From: an uncultured Gammaproteobacteria bacterium
GTDB lineage: Bacteria > Patescibacteriota > Patescibacteriia > Patescibacteriales > UBA12465
NCBI GenBank assembly: GCA_964408775.1
Contig: CAYPAP010000002.1
Span: 129,109-193,108, forward strand
Direction: 5' to 3'
Length of the DNA stretch: 64,000 nt
The position numbers were made by a program, and so were the translations under genes. Each line of letters opens with the position of its first letter. Position 1 is the stretch's first letter. Shown one piece after another: positions 1-9,303 of the stretch. The notes under the pieces were generated by a model. That model saw only the letters and a program-made list of their open reading frames with translations. It was not told where the DNA came from and did no database searches.

Positions 1-1992
1 AACGAAACTAGAGCTATCACAGTTAAAAATACTTACCCCAAATTAGCTAATTACTTTCTTAAGTGGAGCATCGCTGACTATGAAGTATCGGAGCTAGCTA
101 AATGGGATCTTTTAGTTTTGGATATGGAGGTTCAAGAAAACAGTCGAGCCAACCTAATAAAGATAAGGGAGTTGAATCCTGATATTATTATATTAGCCTA
201 TATAACCTCACAGGAGGCCAATGCTGATATCTATAATAGTCCTTGGAGTTATAATGCTAGCCTGAGAAAAAAGCTTTTGAACGGATTGGACGACGGCTGG
301 TGGCTAAAAGATAAAAATGGTCAAAGAATAACTTTCTGGGAAGGTACCTATATGCTTAATTTAAGTGATGGCGCTAAGAGTAATTCTTCTAATAAAAAAT
401 GGAATGATTATTTACCTGAATTCATGGCCAAGGAAGTGATTTCTACTGGCTTATGGGATGGTGTCTTTTATGATAACACTTGGAGCGATATTACCTGGGT
501 TAAAGGAGATGTTGATATTTATAATACAGGGCAAATAAAATCAACTTCAGAAATAGACAATGCCTGGGCCGAGGGTAACAAAAAAATGCTTAAAAAAACC
601 AGAGACTTAATTGGGCCAAACTATCTAATACTCGGAAACGGCAAGATTTATGATGGTTATCAAAATCTATTAAATGGAGTAATGTTCGAAGGTTTTCCTG
701 CTGAATGGGAAAGTAGTGGTAATTGGGGAGGAATAATTAACACTTATTCTAGTATTAAAAATTTAAACAGTGACCCAAAAATTACAGTAGTCAATTCTTA
801 TAGTAATAGTCGTCAAGACTATCGGGCTATGCGTTTTGGCTTAGTCAGCACCTTAATGGAAAACCATGGATATTTTAGTTTTGACTTTGGAACTACTGAT
901 CATAGCCAGATTTGGTGGTACGATGAATATAATACCAGTCTAGGCAGAGCTCAAAACACCTCCTATAATTTATTAGATAGACATAATTATAATTATAAAG
1001 ATGGACTGTGGAGACGTGATTTCGAAGAGGGAATAGCTATTATTAATTCCACGGATAAAGAACAATTACATGTTTTTAAAAACGAAGAATTTGAAAAAAT
1101 AAATGGAACGCAAGATCGTAGTGTTAACAATGGATCTATTATTAATTATATTCAAATAAAGGCAAAAGATGCTATTGTCCTGCTAAAGAGAGACTCTAGT
1201 TTTACTACTGTGAAAAATAACTCTTTTAACAACGGTGATTTTATTAGAGTTTTTAATGAAGATGGACGCCAGATTCGCTCTGGTTTTTTTGCTTATCTAG
1301 ATGGATTTCCAGCTAATTCTCAAATAATTATCACCGACATTGATAATGACGAAAAAGAAGAAATTATAGTAAATAGTAAAGGCATTATTTCTATTTATAA
1401 AAATAGTTTAAAAATAAGGGAATTTAAACCCTATGACGGCTTGTTTAAAGGAGAAATATCTTTGGCCGTGGCTGACTTAGATGGTGATGGAAGTAAAGAG
1501 ATTATAACCGGAGCTGGGCAAGGAGGAGGGCCTCATATTAGAGTTTTCAGCAAGGACGGGAAGCCATTGATTGGTGGTTTTTTTGCTTATGATAATAATT
1601 TCCGTGGAGGGGTTAGCGTCGCAGTTATGGATTTAGATGGTGATGGAACCCAGGAAATAATTACCGCTGCTGGAATTGGTGGTGGACCTCATATTAGAGT
1701 TTTCAGCAAGGATGGAAAGCCATTGATTGGTGGTTTTTTTGCTTATGATAATAATTTCCGTGGAGGGGTTTCTCTGGCAGTGGGTGACGTAAATGGAAGT
1801 GGCCAAAAAGAAATAATTACAGCCCCTGGCCCCGGAGGTTCGTCTGAAATAAAGATATTTAATAAAGAAGGGGGATTTATAAAATCATTTCCATCCTACG
1901 ATCAAGCGCCTAGCTCAGGACTAAGAGTCACAACCGATGATTTAGATAACAACGGAATATCAGAAATATTAGTGGGATCTATTAATTTCTAA
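1..1992 (+). CDS. 5'-partial surface/secreted protein: glycoside-hydrolase-like N-terminal region plus C-terminal FG-GAP/VCBS-type repeats
   Basis: Frame 1 is open from base 1 (NETRAITVKNTYPKLANYFLKWS...). The track start at 118 is an internal TTG, so the gene runs off the window. The C-terminus has four D-x-[DN]-G-x-G-x-x-E-I-[IL] loops followed by GGGPHIRVF-type strands (FG-GAP propeller blades). The N-terminal GHL-type assignment is from memory only. Confidence 0.6.
   Translation, partial: NETRAITVKNTYPKLANYFLKWSIADYEVSELAKWDLLVLDMEVQENSRANLIKIRELNPDIIILAYITSQEANADIYNSPWSYNASLRKKLLNGLDDGWWLKDKNGQRITFWEGTYMLNLSDGAKSNSSNKKWNDYLPEFMAKEVISTGLWDGVFYDNTWSDITWVKGDVDIYNTGQIKSTSEIDNAWAEGNKKMLKKTRDLIGPNYLILGNGKIYDGYQNLLNGVMFEGFPAEWESSGNWGGIINTYSSIKNLNSDPKITVVNSYSNSRQDYRAMRFGLVSTLMENHGYFSFDFGTTDHSQIWWYDEYNTSLGRAQNTSYNLLDRHNYNYKDGLWRRDFEEGIAIINSTDKEQLHVFKNEEFEKINGTQDRSVNNGSIINYIQIKAKDAIVLLKRDSSFTTVKNNSFNNGDFIRVFNEDGRQIRSGFFAYLDGFPANSQIIITDIDNDEKEEIIVNSKGIISIYKNSLKIREFKPYDGLFKGEISLAVADLDGDGSKEIITGAGQGGGPHIRVFSKDGKPLIGGFFAYDNNFRGGVSVAVMDLDGDGTQEIITAAGIGGGPHIRVFSKDGKPLIGGFFAYDNNFRGGVSLAVGDVNGSGQKEIITAPGPGGSSEIKIFNKEGGFIKSFPSYDQAPSSGLRVTTDDLDNNGISEILVGSINF
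1474..1785 (+). repeat. Two near-identical 156-bp (52-codon) tandem units inside the FG-GAP region
   Basis: Units 1474-1629 and 1630-1785 both start with DLDGDG. An 84-nt core (cctcatattagag...ccgtggaggggtt) at 1531 and 1687 differs at only 2 positions. Confidence 0.9.
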
Positions 1993-2031
1993 TTGCTTTT
2001 TACTAATAAATTTAATATAATAGATAATAAT

Positions 2032-3915
2032 ATGGCTAAAAATAAAAACAATAAAAAAATAGACACTCCTGAAGTTAAATCAGAAGAAGTAGAAATTATC
2101 TCACCTGAAAACAGCGACAAAAAATCGTCTCAGGTGGTGACTCAGTCATCGGAGGACAACAACGCTGTTAATATTAACCGCGAAGGAGTTCGAGTTAAGG
2201 AGAGTGGCAACCTAGTAATAGGGAATTTAAACTTTATTTTAAATCCTTTAAAAAACAGATGGAAACACAGTTATAACGAAAATGTTTGGCACTTGATAGC
2301 TGATATTTTCTTATTTTTGATTATTATTGGTTTAATTATTTTTATTATTGTGACTAATAACTGGTCCGGATCTCGATTGGTTTCCTTAAGTGTATCCTCT
2401 AGCAACGAAAGCCTCTCTGGAGCCGTAACCTCATTTGAACTTGATTATAAATCTAATAAAAAAATTTCCAATGCCTCAATCCAAGTAATGTTTCCGGAAA
2501 ATTTTATACTAGAGTCGGTTTCTCCTAATAATTTTTATAATAAAGACTTCCAGACTTTTGATTTAGGGGAATTAGAAAAAAATTCTTCCGGTAAGATAAA
2601 AATAAATGGTTTAGTTTGGGGAGATTTGGGTGACCAACAAAACATTACTTTTATTTTTAATTGTTCTAAATGTGGTCGAAGTGGTATCCCTAATTCTATG
2701 TCCTATAACATAGATAGCTTGGCCCTAAATAATTATTTAGAATTAGATGATTTAGTTTATGTAAACAGTGATTTCTCGGGAAAAGTAAAATTAAAAAATA
2801 ATACTAATAATAGAATTGATGACATAAAAATAAGCCTAGGAGACGATGTTGATATTAGAAGAAGTAATTTTACTCTAGAGAGTAATAAAATTATTATAAA
2901 TAAAATAGAGGGCGGGGAAGAGCTGGACGTTAGCTTTATAGCTCATCCCAAAAAAGAAGATAGCTTATTATTAAAACCAGAGTTTGAAGTTAGATTATTG
3001 GATAACACCTTGTTTTTTCTAGGTAAGGAAAAGTTGGTAGAAATAAAAGATCCCGGACTAGGGATTAGAGTTTTTAGAGGCACGGAAAATGTTAAGGAAA
3101 ATGATTGGTTATCATATACCCTAAATTACAACAATCAGGAGGCCAAAACAGTTAAAAATGTTAGGATGACAGTTTCGTCAGCTAACCCTAATTTTTCTAT
3201 AGATTCCCTAAATATTAGTGATTATTCTCAGGGCGTTCATCTATCGAGTAACACTGTTATTATAAATGACTTACTAAAAGATGAATCAGGAAAATTAAAT
3301 TTAAATGTATTATTTGATCGTAGGCAAAATATCAGTAACCAAGAATTATTTTTAAAAATTAATCTAGAATACGAAATTGATGGTCAAACTATTAAATATA
3401 CTACTTACTCTAATAAGAACAAGGTCTTAACCAGGGCCCTATCTAGCGCTTCGGCTTATTATTATAGCCCACAAGGAGATCAATTAGGTGTAGGACCACT
3501 TCCGCCAGCAGTTGATATGGCTACAAGTTATTGGATATTTTTAGAATTTAGCAGTCTAGGAAATAACCTAGAGAATTTTTCTCTCACAGCCGAGTTACCA
3601 CAAAATGTTTATTTTTCCAACAATAAAAGAGTCCTAGATGGTCGCTTAATATACGGAGAAATTGGAAATAGGGTTGTCTGGGATATTGATAAAGTTAATG
3701 GTGATAACACTAAATACCGAGCTAATTTTGAAATAACCTTAATCCCAGAAGAAGACGATTTAGGAAAGATTGTAAATTTATTAGAAAATATCAAATTTAC
3801 AGCCCAGGATGTTTTTACTGACCAAGAAATAAATCAAATTTTACCAAATATTAATACTAACTTAATAAATGACAAACTTTCTAGCAATAAAGGAAGGGTT
3901 GAGTCCATCAAATAG
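2032..3915 (+). CDS. Hypothetical single-pass membrane protein with a large extracytoplasmic region
   Basis: The ATG at 2032 is preferred over the track's TTG at 1993. One clear TM helix (WHLIADIFLFLIIIGLIIFIIV) follows a charged N-terminus. No motif recognised. Confidence 0.5.
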   Translation: MAKNKNNKKIDTPEVKSEEVEIISPENSDKKSSQVVTQSSEDNNAVNINREGVRVKESGNLVIGNLNFILNPLKNRWKHSYNENVWHLIADIFLFLIIIGLIIFIIVTNNWSGSRLVSLSVSSSNESLSGAVTSFELDYKSNKKISNASIQVMFPENFILESVSPNNFYNKDFQTFDLGELEKNSSGKIKINGLVWGDLGDQQNITFIFNCSKCGRSGIPNSMSYNIDSLALNNYLELDDLVYVNSDFSGKVKLKNNTNNRIDDIKISLGDDVDIRRSNFTLESNKIIINKIEGGEELDVSFIAHPKKEDSLLLKPEFEVRLLDNTLFFLGKEKLVEIKDPGLGIRVFRGTENVKENDWLSYTLNYNNQEAKTVKNVRMTVSSANPNFSIDSLNISDYSQGVHLSSNTVIINDLLKDESGKLNLNVLFDRRQNISNQELFLKINLEYEIDGQTIKYTTYSNKNKVLTRALSSASAYYYSPQGDQLGVGPLPPAVDMATSYWIFLEFSSLGNNLENFSLTAELPQNVYFSNNKRVLDGRLIYGEIGNRVVWDIDKVNGDNTKYRANFEITLIPEEDDLGKIVNLLENIKFTAQDVFTDQEINQILPNINTNLINDKLSSNKGRVESIK

Positions 3916-3920
3916 TTTTT

Positions 3921-5072
3921 ATGATTAATTTAATTCGCCAAATAAGAAAACCCAAATATCAGTCCCTAAATATTATAGAGATAATAAAAGATAATTTAAT
4001 TAACAACTTAAACTATCTTTATTCTTTACAGCCTCAAGCTGAAATTTTTCCGGTTTTAAAATCCAACGCTTATGGTCATGGGCTCAAGGAGGTTTGTAAA
4101 ATATTAAACGAAACTCAGGTTAAAATGATAGCGATTGACTCATTTCCTGAAGCTCAAATAGCCTATAAAAACTTTAAGGGAAGGGTTTTAATTCTAGGAG
4201 AAATGCCTCTTAGAGCCTATAGATACTGCAAATTAAAAAGAACTGATTTTATTGTCTATAACTCCGAGACCCTAAAATATTTAAGTAAATATAAAAAGAG
4301 GGCTAATATCCACTTATTTTTAAATACTGGAATGAATAGGGAAGGGATAGATAATATAGAAGATTTTATTGATAAAAATAAAAATTATATTGATAAAGTT
4401 AATATAGCAGGATTTTGTTCACATCTAGCCGAGGCCGATGATCCCGAAAGTAATTTTAATGAAAAACAAGAGGCTCTATTCTTTAAAGGTTTGGAAGTTT
4501 TGCATAATAACAAAATTTACCCCCAATGGATTCACTTGGGAAATTCCGGCGGAGTTTTCTTATTAAAAAACAAGATACTCAATGCCTTTAGACCCGGGAT
4601 ATCTTTTTATGGATACAACCCCTTTAAGTCTGGGGCCAACGAAGACATAAATTTAACTGAATCATTAAAACCAGCACTTAAATTAAAATCGACCGTAGTA
4701 GCTACTCACAAGGCCTCGGCTGGAGACAAGGTTTCTTACGGAAATAGCCTGAGGCTAGAAGAAAGCACAAATATTGCAGTAATTCCTTTTGGCTATTTTG
4801 AAGGCCTAGACAGACGTTTTTCCAACCGTGCAAAATTTTTATACAGGAATAAGGAAAATATTATTTGGGTCAAAATAGCTGGGAAAGTTTGCATGAATTT
4901 AAGCTGTTTAGATTTTAAAAATAGGGAAGTAAAGGTGGGAGATCAGGTTGAGATTATATCAGAGATAAAAAACATGGAAAATTCTTTAGAAAATTTAAGT
5001 GAAAAAATTGGAGTTTTAAGTTACGAAATATTGGTAAACTTAAAATCTAATATAAAAAGAGTTATAAAATAG
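3921..5072 (+). CDS. alr: Alanine racemase
   Basis: PLP-lysine motif VLKSNAYGHGL near the N-terminus, C-terminal GDKVSYG, about 380 aa. Confidence 0.85.
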   Translation: MINLIRQIRKPKYQSLNIIEIIKDNLINNLNYLYSLQPQAEIFPVLKSNAYGHGLKEVCKILNETQVKMIAIDSFPEAQIAYKNFKGRVLILGEMPLRAYRYCKLKRTDFIVYNSETLKYLSKYKKRANIHLFLNTGMNREGIDNIEDFIDKNKNYIDKVNIAGFCSHLAEADDPESNFNEKQEALFFKGLEVLHNNKIYPQWIHLGNSGGVFLLKNKILNAFRPGISFYGYNPFKSGANEDINLTESLKPALKLKSTVVATHKASAGDKVSYGNSLRLEESTNIAVIPFGYFEGLDRRFSNRAKFLYRNKENIIWVKIAGKVCMNLSCLDFKNREVKVGDQVEIISEIKNMENSLENLSEKIGVLSYEILVNLKSNIKRVIK

Positions 5073-5093
5073 TAACAAAAAGAATTAAAAGCT

Positions 5094-6050
5094 ATGAATA
5101 AAAAATTAAACACTAGATCACTCGGAAGATGTGGTAAAAAAAGCTATTCAGGAACATTTCAGAAGAACAAGAAATGCAATAGCCTTAGGGTTTTTTGGAT
5201 TTCCATTTTTTCTTTAATATTATTAGTAGCTATAACTATTTACTTGCTTTCGTCTAATTGGCTCAATATTAAGGTAGTTGAGGTTGAAGGAGTTGATTCA
5301 GTTAATAAACAGGCCCAAATAGAAGCTATTGCTTACAAACAACAGGAGAGTAAAAATTTTTTATTTTCGCAAGAAAGCTTGGTTTTTTTTAATAGAAGTG
5401 AATTAATTAAGAACCTAGATGAATTTAACTTCTCAGAATTAAAAATAGAGAAAAAATATTTTAGCAAAAAATTAATAATAAGCGCCCAGGAGAGAGAAAA
5501 ATCTCTGATATTCAAAGAGGGTGAATATTTTCATTTTTTAGATATAGAGGGAAACATTATATCTAGTCAAATTGACTGTCAAAGTGAGTTGTTACTACCA
5601 GAAAATTTAGAAAAAACAGAAGAGGAAGTAGAAGGAGAAACCGACAACAATATTTATGAAATAAAAAAAGAAGCCGAGGACTGTTTAAACTTCAATGACG
5701 CCTATAAACAGGAAAGCTTATACCCACTTATCGACAATAATGGAGGAAATAGGTTGATAGAGTCTCAAAAAAGAATAAAACTAGAATCGGAATACATTGA
5801 TTTTTCCTTAAAATTATACAATGATTTAAGAGGGGAGGAGCAATTTGATTTAAACAGAATTGTTTTAGATGATGATTATAACACTATTAAGGCCCGGTTA
5901 AACAACAACCTTGATCTTTATTTTAATTTTGAGGATGATTACTTGGAGCAAGTATCTAAATTTTTCACCTTAAAAAGGGAGAAAGGCTCTGAGCTAGAAT
6001 CAAAGAAATATATTGACCTTCGTTATGGTGATAAAATATTTTACTATTAA
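5094..6050 (+). CDS. FtsQ-like (POTRA-type) cell-division protein candidate
   Basis: Basic N-terminus, a single TM (VFWISIFSLILLVAITIYLL), then LNIKVVEVEGVDSV...IEAI, which resembles the FtsQ POTRA start. Weak. Confidence 0.4.
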   Translation: MNKKLNTRSLGRCGKKSYSGTFQKNKKCNSLRVFWISIFSLILLVAITIYLLSSNWLNIKVVEVEGVDSVNKQAQIEAIAYKQQESKNFLFSQESLVFFNRSELIKNLDEFNFSELKIEKKYFSKKLIISAQEREKSLIFKEGEYFHFLDIEGNIISSQIDCQSELLLPENLEKTEEEVEGETDNNIYEIKKEAEDCLNFNDAYKQESLYPLIDNNGGNRLIESQKRIKLESEYIDFSLKLYNDLRGEEQFDLNRIVLDDDYNTIKARLNNNLDLYFNFEDDYLEQVSKFFTLKREKGSELESKKYIDLRYGDKIFYY

Positions 6051-6064
6051 TTAATTATAAAAAT

Positions 6065-6208
6065 ATGGGAGAAGGATTTTTTAAATTTGTTTTTATTACG
6101 GCGATATTTGTTTTCTGTTTAGTAGTAATAGGGATATTTCTTATCATTCTAAAAATACTATTATTATTTAACCCAGAGTTAAATATAATGGGTCTAACCA
6201 TCTACTAG
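6065..6208 (+). CDS. Possible 47-aa hydrophobic peptide (below the ORF-track cutoff)
   Basis: ATG at 6065 to TAG at 6206-6208 gives MGEGFFKFVFITAIFVFCLVVIGIFLIILKILLLFNPELNIMGLTIY. No other support. Confidence 0.25.
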   Translation: MGEGFFKFVFITAIFVFCLVVIGIFLIILKILLLFNPELNIMGLTIY

Positions 6209-6670
6209 CCCTTTACATAGGTTTAATTTTAGTATATAGTTATACTATAAGGTTAATTAATATACATAATGAGAAGTAAGATATAATTAAAAATATACCT
6301 TACAATATAGTGCCCTTCGCTAAAACAACGATAAAGGTCAATTCCCTTATTACCTTAATAGAAAGCGTTTAGACTCCTTTAGGTATTACTTATTGCTAAT
6401 GTCTAATAATATTAATTTTATGATTAAAATTTAAATCAATCCGGGTCTTAACACACATCTTTGATCTTAAATTTTAAACCCCATTTTTAATCTTGGTCCT
6501 AATCCCCTCTTATTTAAAGTATTTTCTGGTATTTTGGGTTACTTACACCCTAAATTAAGCCAAATTTAGAAATAAAACGCTTAGATAGATAAAACCACAT
6601 AATTGCTTAAAATAACTCTAAAAACAGCCATTTTAAGCCGAATTTAAGACATTTTTATATAATATTTATT

Positions 6671-7630
6671 ATGACCGACAAAAATAAGCCCATTATCAAG
6701 CACTTGACTGATTTTATAAATTATTGTGAAATTCAGAAAGGCCTAGCTAATAAGACTCAAGAAAATTATGCCCGTTTCTTGGGTGACTTTTTTGCCTGGT
6801 TAAAAGCCAATAATTTAGAAAAACTGAGGCCAGTAGATTTAAGTGAAGAACATGTTTGGCGTTATCGTTTGTACTTGTCTAGAAATAAAAGTATTAGAAC
6901 CAAGACCGAGTTAAAAAAGGTTAGTCAAAATTTGTATCTGATAGCCTTGAGGTCATTATTGGAATATTTTAGTGAAAAAAATATCACCTCCCTTCCCCCT
7001 AATAAAATAAAGCTAGCCAAGGCTAGTGGTGACAGAGAAATAAATTTTTTAAACTTAGAGCAAATCAAAAAATTATTAGAAGCCCCGGACACCTCCAATA
7101 AAGCGGGGTTGCGAGATAGATCAATGTTGGAAGTTTTATTCTCCACTGGCTTACGTGTAGCCGAACTTCGTTCTCTAAATCGCGATCAATTTAAAATTGA
7201 TAAGAATACCGAGGATCTAGAGGTGGTTATAGTTGGTAAAGGATCGAAAATTAGAACTGTTTATTTTTCAAAACGAGCAGTGATTTGGTTAAAAAAATAT
7301 TTAGATTCGAGAGTTGATATGGATGAAGCCTTATTTATAAATTACTGGAAACCAGCCCAAAGTGGAAATCAACCTCGACGCCTGACAGTTAAAAGTATTG
7401 ACTCCATAGTAAAAAAATACGTTAAAATTGCCGGACTACCAATGATAACTACTCCACACACTTTACGACACTCTTTTGCGACTGACTTATTGTCTCAGGG
7501 AGTTGACTTACGTTTAGTGCAGGAATTTTTAGGTCATCGTAATATCGCTACTACTCAAATATATACCCATGTTACCAAAAAACAATTACGCGACATTCAC
7601 CGCAAGATTCATTCTGATAAAAATTTATAG
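6671..7630 (+). CDS. Tyrosine site-specific recombinase, XerC/XerD family
   Basis: C-terminal catalytic signature HTLRHSFATDLL...LGHRNIATTQIYTHV, an N-terminal SAM-like domain, about 320 aa. Confidence 0.85.
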   Translation: MTDKNKPIIKHLTDFINYCEIQKGLANKTQENYARFLGDFFAWLKANNLEKLRPVDLSEEHVWRYRLYLSRNKSIRTKTELKKVSQNLYLIALRSLLEYFSEKNITSLPPNKIKLAKASGDREINFLNLEQIKKLLEAPDTSNKAGLRDRSMLEVLFSTGLRVAELRSLNRDQFKIDKNTEDLEVVIVGKGSKIRTVYFSKRAVIWLKKYLDSRVDMDEALFINYWKPAQSGNQPRRLTVKSIDSIVKKYVKIAGLPMITTPHTLRHSFATDLLSQGVDLRLVQEFLGHRNIATTQIYTHVTKKQLRDIHRKIHSDKNL

Positions 7631-7661
7631 CCTTATTAATAATAACTTTATCAAATAAAAT

Positions 7662-7693
7662 AAGCCCCACTTGATTGGGGCTTGTATTTTTTT
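7662..7693 (+). terminator. Intrinsic terminator after the recombinase gene
   Basis: AAGCCCCA (7662-7669) pairs with TGGGGCTT (7676-7683); T-run at 7687-7693. Confidence 0.7.
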
Positions 7694-7931
7694 AAGAAGA
7701 GAGCCTGAAAGCTCTCTTGTCTTCTTCGATATTTTCTATTAGAGAAATTCTTTCAGCGCCAGTTGACTCGTCTAAGGATTTTTTTATAGTCGGCCAGGCG
7801 TCACCATAAAAATCTTTTTCGACAAATGTCTTTTTATTTTTTGCTTGTCTCTTTGGTGTTAATCTTAATCTTTTACTTCTCCCTTGTATTTTAAGGGATA
7901 AATAAATAAAAATGTAAAACCAATTTTTCAT
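7692..7931 (-). CDS. Hypothetical small basic protein
   Basis: The internal ATG at 7931 is preceded by AGGAGG (aaaaaaggaggaaaaATG), so it is preferred over the track start at 7958. No motif. Confidence 0.35.
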   Translation of the reverse strand: MKNWFYIFIYLSLKIQGRSKRLRLTPKRQAKNKKTFVEKDFYGDAWPTIKKSLDESTGAERISLIENIEEDKRAFRLSS

Positions 7932-8007
7932 TTTTCCTCCTTTTTTAGAAAATATCACTCGTAAAGGCTAACATATCTAAAAAATAGAGTCAAATAAAAA
8001 AGTGTTT

Positions 8008-9252
8008 CTATGGTAGATAACTGAGAGGATTTACTGGAAGTCCCTCTTTTCTAACTTCAAAATGAAGATGTGGTCCAGTAGAAAAAGACCCAGCGCCTGA
8101 AGTTCTAGGAGCTCCACCAGTTCGACCTATAACCTGTCCTTGAGCAACATATTCATCGGCTCTAACAGAAACAGCAGAGACGTGACCATAAACAGTAGAA
8201 AAGCCGTCGGCATGGATTATCATAATATAAGCATAGGATGTTGATCCGTCAAATTTTACCCTAGCAACATAACCAGAGGCCGCTGCTCTCAAAGTGGTGC
8301 CCTGGGCAGCCCTAATGTCCACACCAGAGTGCTCCCCTATAGACCTCCTAAAAGGATAGGTGGGGTCGTGGAAAGTGGCTGTTATGGTATTTTTAGTGAC
8401 CGGCCAGATAAAACCAGACATTTCCTCTTCTATTCCGCTATTTTCTCTTTGAATTAACTTTTCTCTTACAGTTCTCTCTAAAGATGCTATTTCGGCCATA
8501 GCCTGATCGTTTTCCCTTTTAGCAATAGTTAATAATTTCTTGTATTCCTCTTCTGATTTTTGAGTTTCGTCTAGTATAAATTCTTTGTAACCAATCTCTC
8601 CTTCTAAAATGTTTTTTTTGTTTTCCAATTCTTTTTTTAACTCCACTAATCTGTTTTTCTTTTCTTCTAAAACCTCCAACTGAGCATCCATTTGCTCTTT
8701 TATAGTCTTTAATCCGGACAAGCTGTTAGCAATTTCCTTATTAGTGTTTTCTAAATAAGTTATTTGATTTATAAAGTCAGTAAGAGAGTTATTTAAAAGA
8801 ATTATTTCCAAAGGAGTAGATTGACTTTGTTTGTGAAGTAATCTTAATAGAGATGAAATACTCTCCTTGTCTCTTTCTATTTGCTTTGTTTTGTTGTCAA
8901 TATCAATTTCAATTTTTCTTAACTCCAAATTATTTTTACTTACCTCTAAAATAGTTTCTTCTATTTCTAGTTCTGATTTTTTTAATTTAGTTTCTAATAT
9001 TTCCAGTTGATTTCTAAGAGTATTTTTCTCTTGCTCCTTTGCCTTTATTAGACGACTATATTGTTCTTGATTCTTTTGAATGTTTTCTAATTGCTTTTTC
9101 TGATTTTGAATTTGGGTATTTAATACTTTAATTTCATCATCCACTTCTGCTCCGTATTGCGAAATAACCACGTCTGACCTTACAAAAAAAACACCAAGCA
9201 TTATTAAAAATACCATCAAAAAAATATTGGCTTTTTTGTTTATTATTAACAT
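8008..9252 (-). CDS. M23 family metallopeptidase with a long N-terminal coiled coil (EnvC-like)
   Basis: HSGVDIRAAQGT...GPHLHFEVRKEGLPVNP is the M23/LytM signature. About 270 aa of heptad-rich E/K/L/Q sequence follows an N-terminal TM. Confidence 0.8.
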   Translation of the reverse strand: MLIINKKANIFLMVFLIMLGVFFVRSDVVISQYGAEVDDEIKVLNTQIQNQKKQLENIQKNQEQYSRLIKAKEQEKNTLRNQLEILETKLKKSELEIEETILEVSKNNLELRKIEIDIDNKTKQIERDKESISSLLRLLHKQSQSTPLEIILLNNSLTDFINQITYLENTNKEIANSLSGLKTIKEQMDAQLEVLEEKKNRLVELKKELENKKNILEGEIGYKEFILDETQKSEEEYKKLLTIAKRENDQAMAEIASLERTVREKLIQRENSGIEEEMSGFIWPVTKNTITATFHDPTYPFRRSIGEHSGVDIRAAQGTTLRAAASGYVARVKFDGSTSYAYIMIIHADGFSTVYGHVSAVSVRADEYVAQGQVIGRTGGAPRTSGAGSFSTGPHLHFEVRKEGLPVNPLSYLP

Positions 9253-9303
9253 GTCTATATTATACCTAATTTTTAAAAATATATCAATAAAAATAATAAG
9301 AAT

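Noticed and set aside
6671-7630. Tyrosine recombinase as a prophage or ICE integrase marking a mobile element
   Set aside because: It has XerC/XerD-like length and motifs. There is no adjacent excisionase, phage or conjugation gene, no tRNA target and no compositional shift. The long upstream spacer is reported separately as unexplained.
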